Source: Tubiluchus corallicola (taxonomy: Eukaryota > Animalia > Priapulida). Taken from it: 64,000 bases of DNA. The notes below the pieces were generated by a model. It was not told the DNA's origin. It ran no database searches and worked only from the letters and a program-made list of their open reading frames with translations. This document shows, one piece after another, positions 53,716 to 64,000 of the stretch. The stretch is taken from the NCBI GenBank assembly GCA_030141605.1, contig JAQGDQ010000245.1, positions 272,098-336,097 of the forward strand. Direction: 5' to 3'. The translations under genes were made by a program, and so were the position numbers. Within the stretch, counting starts at the first letter, position 1; the number at the start of each line of letters is the position of its first letter.

Positions 53716-56501
53716 TAGCAGGACGAAAGCGAAACCTCATCAGAACTAATAATGACGCGGCAACAAGAAATGCATTCATCAAATGCTTTGCGCAAAAGGC
53801 AAAACTAATTTTCCGTTTGTCGAATAATCGGTTATGACCATAATGTTCGTTATGACAGCTGAATTAAGTGGTAAGCCTTTGCGTGTGTCTTAAAGCTGTT
53901 CCAGCCGTGAAACTCATCTTCAACTATCTCTTGAGATATCCGACAAGTCCAAAGCGAAACATGCCAATTCTAAAAATTCGTTTCAGCGAATTAAATGTAG
54001 AGTTATGTTCACACAACTTCTAAAAACACAAACAGTGATGGCCCATCATTGTTTTTAAATTACTGTTACATAGGTTTGTGGTTTAAACACTGTGTGTTTC
54101 ACAGTATAAGAGTGAGCAACTAGCTTTTACGTTTGTAATTCTTTGCTATTATAAAGATATTTAGTTGTAATGCAGTTGTGGATACTGAAGAATACCGAAA
54201 TATTTTTTTTTCTGAAAGGCAGTAATAAACATACCGTAAATCGTCCATAGAGGATTATGCTATTAGAGAGTTGATGGGGACATAGCCTATACGTGTAAGA
54301 TCGCGGAAAGTTAATTGTATAAAATGACTACGACTATACATAAATGACTACTTACAGTTTAACACACACTGCGAGAAGGAATGTTTGGCGTCCTTCACTA
54401 CAGATGTTATGTAATTGGCCTAACATATGGCTATTAGATTGATTCATTAATTACTATAATATTAAAAGTAATAAGAGCTACTATTCTGTAAACGGTTAGT
54501 GGCTAAATGGAATAGTGTCTTGCGGTGACATAGAGAGTTATTGTGTAACAAAGAAATTGAAAATTGATTCCACGTCAAATAAATGACCCATTATGTATAT
54601 TTGACCGACTCCTGCGACCTGCTACAAAGTGAATCATTACAGGTTTTGTGTGGCAAGACTTGGTTTACAATTTATTATATCAGGATTGAAAATCGAAGTA
54701 AATGGAAGCCAGTAATTTCGCGAGCTGGCATTACGGTCTCTATCTCAATTTAATACTCTATAGCAAGCAAAATAGATAGAATTCGTGCAATATGGGAAGC
54801 TCAAACATGGAAGTTCATTTAAATGTAAACCATGTGCATAATAATCGGTCTAATTAGTGTAACATAAAATGTCATGATCGACAATATTTTTGTTTTACAA
54901 TCTGTATGCTTTTTTCATGTTTGTCATATCGTGTAAACCTATATGCTTTATCTACTATATGTAAAATGTATGCATCAATAGCTCAGCAGGACGAAAGCGA
55001 AACCTTATCAGAACTAATAATGACACGGCAACAGAAAATGCAGACAACATACTATTGTTAGGGAAGCTTGACTAGCATATTAGTCAAAGTTTTGGGGCAA
55101 AACTCACTCTATCTTCTGGGCGAATTAGCAAGAACAACAACTCAAATAAACCTTTAAGTAAACGTCAACATCAAGTAAACCATAAGACAAAAAAAAAATA
55201 ACAAATAGATTCAAGTAGAGCACAACAAGCCTACAGCTAGAAAACAATCACCTATAGATAAGCAGCCACTAAACACCTAGCAGAATTGCAAACAATTAAA
55301 CCGTAAAAGCCCACTTACAGTAGTAGAGCACCCGCGAGAATCAATGTAAAATCAAAATTGATATATAAGTAACACACTAAAGCCCAAATTAACCCAAGTT
55401 GCAGAATTTAGATATGTAACACTGGTAATAACATAAAATAACAACAAGTCCAACCCACAGAAGTCGATTTACTGCACTGTAAATAAATGATACGTAGCAG
55501 CGGGAAGGTTAAATTCTGATTCTGTACTAAGTTTTCTCTTTGTGTTGGTACTGTACTTTTCATTTATATAGATTATAGTGAAATTGCTTCTGAGGGTTCA
55601 GCTTGTTGTCACTTTTTGTTCCTACCAGTGGGAATTAACTCTTTAGTATAATATAAACAGTAGATGATTCCTAAAATGAAAAGCTGATTCCAGAAGAACT
55701 ACAATAATCTTGCTTAATTCGATGTCTTGACTAGTCATTATAAAGACAAAATTATCACTTTTATCGATTTTGGTATGGCAGAAAACGCTGGCAACATATT
55801 TTTAGTATTATTAAAAAATGTCAATCTGTCATCCTAATAACGTGGACATTTCATGACGAAGTGGATTTCGTCTTCGATTTGGTTAAGGCTACTGATTGCA
55901 AATTGGCTCACGCACAGGCTTATGGAACCAGTCAGATTTGATGGTCAATTTATAAGCGTTAATTCGTAAGTTTAGTATAGTATATAACAGCTTGCCTTGT
56001 GAGGTTAAATGATAAATAGTTTTCATAAATAAATGATAAATGATAAGTCGGTATTCTTTTAAACCTATGATACATCACGGTATGTTATTATAGTTTATGT
56101 GATGTTATTGTTTTTTGAGTTGTTGTTCTTACAAATTCGCCGTGAAGATGAAGTGATTTTTACACCGAAATTTACTATACTAGTCTTCTTAACAACAGCA
56201 TGTTGTCTGCATTTTCTATTCTTGTGTCATTATTAGTTCTGAATATGTGTACATATATAATCAGTTGAAATTAATGTAACATAAAACATCATGATTCATA
56301 ATCTTTTTTATATCTTGTATAGGCTTATGTATTTATACATTTTAAACTGTAATACTGTTTGAGGTGAACACAGAATATAATATCATTAAGTTTTGACGTT
56401 AATTATTTTTATAGAGTTTGTTTTCAGGTTGTGGCTTTTGTTACCTGGTACTGTGAGTTAATGAAAACGAAAGGTGGACAAATTTAAATATAACAATCAT
56501 C

Positions 56502-57171
56502 ATGAAAGCAGGAATGTTACCTTCTCGTCCTGTTTTTATTTTTAGATTTGCAGTTCGACCGCAAGCCGCGTTAAGTGACATAACAGCATCAAGTAACACG
56601 ACTTCGGCATTATTGGAGGAAATTACAACGGGTTACGACAAGAGAATCATTCCTAAACCAGCATCTGGTATGTTCTGATGTTCTGATATTTACCTGAAAT
56701 ATGCTTGCTTGTACGCTTGCGTTTACAAAGGTAATACTAATATGTTTGTGTGACTATGCTCACGTCATTAATGAATTTGTACTTGTTCACCTGTTTACTC
56801 TACATGCAGATATGTGGACGTATTTTGTCCAGTGTTATTAAAACACAATGTCAGGGACCCTGCATGCAATGAAAGGTGCTCAGGGCTGTGCTGTGGTAGC
56901 AGAGTGTAGTGCAAGCTGTTACAGATACGCGACGGGTACATGTCCTGTTTGCAGTATCCTGCCGGGTCCTGGGTGTGTACTGTACGTCGTCTGAAACCAC
57001 ATGGGTGTTGGACACGAAAAGTCCACTACCTGTAGCTGTGTGACTGTTTACATTACACCCAGATCTAAAAAATGCACTACGGGTAGAGTATTTTCTTCCT
57101 AGTGTAAGCGCGATTTTATATATATACATATATAATATATGTATATATATATATATATATATAACCCGCGC

Positions 57172-57202
<31 letters not shown>

Positions 57203-59583
57203 CATACATACATACATACGTACGTACGTACGTACGTACGTACATACATACATATGTATATATATATATACATTTATGTTCATTCTAGGTCTATAGATAT
57301 TTAGTTTTGACATGTAACCAAGTCTGTGGCCTCAACAGCTACTAAAGGCTGTATTGAGTGGTCGTTTTCAATTCAAAATGTCCCGTATCACTTTATAACT
57401 TTAGTAATTATCCCAAAAATTATCCCACACTGTAAGCAAAAAAGAGAGGATTTGTACTCGCTCTAAGTCTGTGCCCATGTCTGTCTACTTATGATTGTGT
57501 TAAAGTCTATTCGAAAAAGTTAGTGTATGTAGTAATTCATTGCAATTATTGTGATAAGTTTTGACGCTTTGCTGGATAGATTAGATAACTTGCCGAATTA
57601 AAGCTGTGTCTTCGCTGGGGGGGGGGGACGCTTCAACCTAAATATGGAGCCCATTTATGCTGAAAAGTCTCATTGAGCAGATCGATACTAATTCCTTGCA
57701 AAATTGTTGTAAAAATACAGGAAACACCAACGGACATTATTCGAAAAAGGCTACAAGTTTATTGCAAATATTTGTGCAACAAAATATTTGCAACAAAATT
57801 ATTTATACAAAATGGATAACTCAATTTTGTTATTTTAAAACCACTAAATTGTCAGCCTTCCATATTATTTAAAATTATTTATTACAGTATTTAATTTTAA
57901 AGAAAATATTAAATTTTCACCATTCAGTATTTGTCCATGAGCGCTAACGTCCATAACAATTCCAGGTGGACCTGTAGTCGTCACTGTCGACATCTATGTA
58001 AGAAGTATTTCTTCTGTAGACGAAATCTCAATGGTATGTACATCCTACCAAGTAATTTTATTTGTGTAACATTGCAGTTTATTGTCTTTATTGATTCTAT
58101 CACAAAGCGCGGAATACAGCGCCTCATAATTCATTGCTGCAGTGGATATTTGAAATAATTTGAGGAGATTTCTGAACGTCCCTGTAGTACTGACGCACAG
58201 TGGTATTGCATAAAAGATGGATATGAGGAAAATTCTAAAATTTATTTAGTGCACAGACACAATGTAATTCTGGTCCTCTAAGTACAGTAGAATCCACGTA
58301 ACCGCCATCTAACTAAATGTAGTTGCCTAACTTTAGTTTGTCCAATGATAAACCAAAGGCGACAATGTAAATTTTTTGAAAAGCATGTGAATTAACATCC
58401 ATCCCTATTGCATTGATGCTTGAGAAATAGAGTTGGAGTAATCGAACATAAAAAATTGGTAGAATCTTGAATTTCAGAGATTGGTGGAAAGATTCATTTG
58501 GAATGTGCGAATGCTGTTAGAAAAACTATGGCAGTTTAGGCCAATTTTGAAACATTTCTGCTTGTTACCTTTCAAGGCAGGCTAAGTGTAGTAAAGCTAA
58601 CCATCGCGTTTACAATTGCAGCGATACGATACAGACCTCGTTGTTCGTCAGGTGTGGACCGACTCTCGACTTTCCTTCACCCTTCCACCGGGCGTTCCAG
58701 AAGATTCGTATGTCGTTGGGGGGACGTTCATGGCGGATAAAATCTGGGCATCTGACTTGTTCTTTTCAAACTCCAAGAAAGCCTACACCCACGACATAAC
58801 CCAGGAAAATGTTCTACTATGGATGTGGCATAATGGAACAGTCATGTATAATGTCAGGTAGGGCTACAATGTTACGAGAGAAGCGTAATTATTAATCTTA
58901 ATTTTATCATGACTAAGTTATTTTGCATTTTATCTTTCAGTATAAAGTATTATAATTTTGCATTAAAAGTAACATTAATTTACTTAGCACTTTGCACTGG
59001 ATATTTTGGCCTTCCTCATCTCTGTATTTTACAAGTTTTCTTCCTGAATGGAGTCCAGTTTAATTTGTTAATTGGTATTTCTTTTTCCTTTCTTAAATTT
59101 ATGCTGTTTTACTACTGCGTGTTCAATTATTATTATAATTGATTGTATTATGGTGTGTTTGACAAATTGTCACAATTGGCACAATAGACTGAAATAAAAT
59201 TTGCAAAAATTTTATACGACTTTGCAACATTAGTTTTTATAAGTGTCATGTCAATCAAAATAAGTACCAAATTAATTTGTCACTGTTATGTTCTCAGTTA
59301 TGTACAAGGGTCCACATAGTTAAGTCAAAAATGATACCTATTCGTGATACACGAATACCGTTTGCATAACATAATGTACATTTTTTGCTTATTTAATCTG
59401 TTTTTCGCTCTTGCAGTATCCAGAATATCTGTATGATTGCCGTAGAGGAAATCTCAACTTTATGATCAATACTATGGAATATCTAATTTGTTTATTTCAG
59501 AGTTTCTTCAACATTTATGTGCCAAATGGATCTAGTGGACTATCCCTTTGACACGCAGAGGTGCATCATGCAATTGGGTAGCT
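56502..59583 (+). CDS. Cys-loop ligand-gated ion channel subunit (GlyR/GluCl/GABA-A-like branch), extracellular-domain exons; gene continues beyond the window
   Basis: Exons ~56546-56667 (GYDKRIIP; 5' end uncertain, with an in-frame ATG at 56502 and a possible signal mini-exon near 56428), 57966-58033 (68 nt, [21 protein letters not shown]), 58622-58857 ([31 protein letters not shown]), 59501-59583 (83 nt, Cys-loop [15 protein letters not shown]). The 68- and 83-nt exon sizes are typical of this family. Confidence 0.9.
56851..57255 (+). mobile_element. Probable SINE with a 3' hairpin and (CATA)n/(CGTA)n tail in the channel intron
   Basis: GC-richer island ending in an inverted pair TGTAAGCGCG..(TA)n..CGCGCTTACA, directly followed by a tetranucleotide tail. 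Confidence 0.5.
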
Positions 59584-60086
59584 GTAAGTATGCTTGTCTT
59601 TCTTGAAAATGGATCTTCCAAGTGTCTTTTTACAGAATCAGCCCCAGCGGCCATGCTGCTTTTTTGCGTTGTTTGGTTTCACATGCCGTCTTACTTTGAT
59701 GGACAATAAAAATTAGAAGAAAAACTTAGTCTAGTGGTGTGTCCAATCGGTTTCGGCCATTTATAAATATTGACTATTTATCACTCAATGGGCTCGATAA
59801 AATATGTTTGCTTTATTTTCTGCCTGTTTTTTATGTCATCATGCAGAATTCTCCCATGTAGAACGGCCGTTAATTAATGAAAAAGCAGGCGAAACTTTAG
59901 GAAAGTTTTGAGAATGAAATACTTGGTCTCAGGTGTTACTCTCCTCGGCTACAATACGTAGTGAGAACCCGTCTCCAAAATGTGTGACGTCATAGAGCCA
60001 ATCAGGTGGTAGTTGCAGAATTCCCCATTTTCATTGGTGATGCTTGCGCATGCGCAGTGTTCCTTAAATATATATCAATAAACGGT

Positions 60087-60597
60087 TAGTGATACCTCGA
60101 GATACGAAATTAATTCGTTCCGGAGGGGCCTTCGTATCTTAGAATTTTCCTATTATGACACAAAATTACCCTATAAGTCGCGTAATTCGTTACAGACCCC
60201 CCCCCGAAAACAGTCGTATAAAGTGTAAATATTGTATACCCACCCGAAAGAAATATGTACGTTAATGCAACATGATCATTTACATAAATGTTAAAAAAAC
60301 AATGAGAAAATAATAAAATCAATGAATAATAATAATAAATGTTGTTACGAATAATGTCACTTTACCTTTCGAGTCCGCGAATGTGCAAGATAAGAGCACT
60401 ACAAAGCGTTCACGTGCAAAGCATTCACGTGATGCTACGAAACGCATTATGGGAGGACCGCTGTCGGGCGGCACTTTCGATTTTCGTTTTCCTATCTTGA
60501 ATACTTTTTCGTTAAATGGGACGGAAATTTCTTCGAAGCCCGATTCGTATTCTGAATTTTTCATATAATAAGGTTTTCGAAAGTCGAGGTTCCACTG
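60087..60597. mobile_element. Tigger-type MITE in the channel intron
   Basis: Left end TAGTGATACCTCGAGATACGAA; right end (reverse complement) CAGTGGAACCTCGACTTTCGAA followed by TA. Confidence 0.75.
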
Positions 60598-60689
60598 TAT
60601 ATTGTTATCTATAGGCTGTCAGAATCCCAGCCATTAATTTTATCGCATGACTGCATTATTCTGTCAATATGCCATATATCATCGTAGTT

Positions 60690-60900
60690 GTTTCAAAGAA
60701 TTTTGGCAGCCACGAAACAAACATACACACGCATATGTTCCTACACCAAACGGAAAAACAAACGAACAAACAAAAAACAAACAAAGCGAGCAAGCGACAG
60801 GCGAACGGACAAACAAGCGATGAGCGGGCGGGCAGACAGACGGATGGACGGACGAACGAACTAAGAAACAAACAAACTGAAAACAAATTTTCATTTTTGG
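60690..60900 (+). repeat. Degenerate tetranucleotide array (ACAA/ACGG/GCGG), HINE-like
   Basis: Run of ACAA, ACGA, GCGG and ACAG units ending in ACTGAAAACA, like the piece at 21990-22050. Confidence 0.55.
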
Positions 60901-62549
60901 GTTAAGATGTCTGGTACGGTGATGAGTTAGACAAAGCCTGTTACTTTGTATTTGGTTATAAAAGTCTGTCGTAAGCACCTTAATTTGCAAATTTAACAGA
61001 TGCTGATTGGTAAAAACGCATTCGATGGGAGCGTATAACTGCAACGAATTAATTAGCCTCTGGCTTAATTAAACTTTGCATGATTGATGACTATGCCTTA
61101 CCAAGCTGCAACTATAATTAAATCGCTGGATTAATTAAAATTTGTGCAGCATACTATAGAGTTTGTGCCATGCGCATCAGACCTAGTAGCTTTATAAAAG
61201 TTCTACCGTAACTGCGCGTCAAATTGAAAATAATCCAAAACCAAATCAGGATTATAAAAGCACACTTGACTCTGTTTGATGATGTCACTTGATTGCTGAA
61301 TGTTCATGCGATCATTCACGTTCTTATGTCAATTCTTCAATCACTATTAAGAGTCGGCCTAAGACGTTGAATTAGACTAAGCACACAGTATCCCCGGCCA
61401 CATAAACGCACAATTCAACTGAATGAATTATTTGGCTTCCGTCTATAAGGATACATTTCGTCGATTTCCTGTGGGAATCGGGACACGACTGAGTGTAAGT
61501 AATAACTGGATTAGATAGCGAGAAAATTCTCCTTTCCGGAGTTGCAAGGCAGCATAGATGAATCCACCCCAATGACGCATTAATGATGTGAAACGCATTG
61601 GAATTCACAGTTAAGACAGTAGACTCATCCACAAATAACATACTAGCACAAAAAATCGTTTAAGAACACGTGTGACGTGTGACAGATTTTAATGAAGCGT
61701 GGTCGATTAATCTAATTCTTATGATTATGTTTTAGTTGTGAATCCTAGTTGGGCGTTTATTTACTTAATCAGCTAATCATAATTTACAGTCATGATAGTT
61801 AGTCATTTGGTAATAACAAGGGAATACAGTTTTTTTGTAAGAACCAGTGCGAAGCAGCCCACCCCGGACCACAGAACCTCTTACTTGAGTCCCTGAATTC
61901 TGTAAATATTTCTATTCAAAATTCTTAAAGCCAAGGGGATCCTGTCAGGAAACGAATTGCGTTGTCAGTAATCTGTAGCAAACAGTTGATTTTTTTCAAG
62001 TTTCTATCACTGAAAGTTCAAAGCAGCGAATTCTGAGAGTAGAGAAAACAAACAAACAACAACAACAATATTGAAGAAATAACAAGTTTTAGGTAGCATA
62101 CTGTACAATATGTTAGAGAAATTGTTTCAGCAGCTTTTGCAACAGTTACCAGGAATAGCGTTTTACAAATGTTTGCAAATGTAGCACTTTACATAAATGG
62201 AATAGTCTATTGTAATGACATAAACGCAAAAAATCGAGAAGATCAGAAATTGTTTTATGACGCAGGAGGTCATAAACAATTTTGCAGCATAATAATACAA
62301 AGAAATCGCATGCTTACAATAAAGTATCGCACGCCGGGGAGCTACATGCTGGATATAATTTCGACGGTTTTCTCCAAATAGACAATAAATGGGAATATAT
62401 TAGTCACTTGCAAAATTTAATGTGCTGTCAGACTGTAAGCAATAAACTATTGATGGCAGGTTTACAATGATGTCTGTTACTATTGCGTGACACACTGACA
62501 ATCGATAATCAATCGTAAATGTATTATTGGATACAACTGTTTGGTTGTC

Positions 62550-62575
62550 AGAGAGGGAAGAGAGACAGAGAGGGA

Positions 62576-62661
<86 letters not shown>

Positions 62662-63825
62662 CTTTGATTTACTTCTTTAATAAACGACACAAAGCACACA
62701 ATGTAAACACAACACAAAAACAAAATTACAAAAAATAAAAATGATAATTATAATAACATCTCGCATTGCTTCAATCATTATATCAATGAATATGTAAAAA
62801 ATTTAAGCATACAATTTTATTCTCCAAATCTTTCTTATACTGGAAGTAAATAAAGCATCACTAGCGAATATCGTTCTACACAACAAGTTTTTACTGTTTG
62901 AAATTCTAGTATCCAGACTGTAAATGCTTTTCCTGTAAATAACATCAAAGTACACTAATTTATGCGTCACAGAAATGTCCCTGGCACTGTGATCGAACTG
63001 GTAATTGAAAAATTTTCGCATTGATTTATTATGAGCAACCTTAAGTTTGTTCAGATTATAATTATGAAAATGCCGCCAGGTGGCTATACAGTAGAAGCTA
63101 TTACAATAAGTATTGAATAGACGTGTTTTTACAGCATTGGTGCAATAGTAAAATTTACGGCATAGCTTATTTGCTCGAGAGTAATAAATGCCTACTTGTC
63201 GTATGATATCTAGATCGTCTCTGTTGTCCCTAGAAATGATGTGACCAAGATATTTTTCATTATCACAAGGCTCAATAACCGATCCAGCTAACTTAACAGT
63301 TCCGAACTCAAAGTTGCTCATAATGGAAGACGTTATAGTCAGAAGCTTAGTTTTGTCAACATTAATTAAAATATCAAATTTTGCTGCATAATCAACATAT
63401 ATATCACATAATTTCTTCAGAGCAGTTGTCGTGGTACTTAATAGGCAAATATCGTCAGCATATGTCAAATGATTGTAATAAATATCTGCAATTTGACATC
63501 TAAGATTACTAGAGGCTAGATTTTCACTAAGTTCTCTAAAGTAGAAATTAAACAGAAGAGGGGACATCTTTCCTCCCTGTCGTACACCATTGCCAACTTT
63601 AAAAATCTCAGAGTTATAATTGCCCCATCTCACCAGCATGCCTTGATGGGTGTAATAAAAAACAAGTAAACGAACAACAACATTTGGAATCTCAGTTTCA
63701 ATGAGTTTTAAAAACAGTTTAAAATAGTTAATTCTATCGAAGGCTTTGGAGGCGTCTAAAAACATCATATGTACAGTACTCTGGCGGTCTATATAATAGT
63801 TTTGAGTAGTATAAATACAACAGAT
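62550..63825 (-). mobile_element. 5'-truncated non-LTR retrotransposon (RTE/RTEX-like) with an open RT frame and a (TC)n tail, intronic to the channel gene
   Basis: ORF 63768-62803 carries FLDASKAFD, GVRQGG.MSP.LFN, YADD and KYLG. An AT-rich 3' UTR runs directly into a long (TC)n tract at 62550-62656. Confidence 0.92.
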
Positions 63826-64000
63826 TTACTGTTGTATATTGTTGCAGTGGGTGGACGTATTTTTTCAGCTCCGCAATTTAAGTGAAATTTATTCGTGTAA
63901 AAGTTCGTGAGCTTGATGAAACAAATAGCAGCGTGTTCGGTAATGTGTGCTGCATGCAGTGGTAGTGATGAGACTTTATAATCTCAAAAATAATTTGAGA

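Noticed and set aside
54180-54205. CTGAAGA..GAAA hammerhead-like spacing
   Set aside because: The 5-nt spacer cannot form stem II.
62400-62738. (ER)n and (SL)n ORFs
   Set aside because: Translations of the (GA)n tract.

Overview
AT-rich, intron-containing genomic DNA from an invertebrate metazoan; no prokaryotic features. Exons were assembled by hand using splice sites and reading phase. The first half holds four genes: the 3' part of NCAPG (+), which converges tail-to-tail with a complete 7-exon HMCES (-); a 2-exon GT7 beta-1,4-GalNAc/Gal-transferase (-); and a complete 7-exon CUTC (-). The second half holds a 3-exon secreted stand-alone reeler-domain gene (-), a ~20 kb gene-poor region rich in transposon relics, and the N-terminal exons of a GlyR/GluCl/GABA-type Cys-loop channel (+) that runs off the window. 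Repeats include CR1/L2, RTE and RTEX-like LINE fragments, BEL/Pao and Harbinger relics, Tigger/Tc2/Kolobok-like MITEs, foldback elements, Helentron-like pieces, a SINE, a 5S-derived fragment and microsatellites. I found no convincing wholly new system. The best leads are a Cys-loop subunit with an altered ligand site (WASD in place of WxPD), a GT7 enzyme with a GalNAc-donor signature and a remodelled acceptor pocket that may share a promoter with HMCES, a GC-AG intron and an alternative C-terminus in NCAPG, overlapping NCAPG/HMCES 3' ends, and an apparent CpG boundary at the CUTC promoter.
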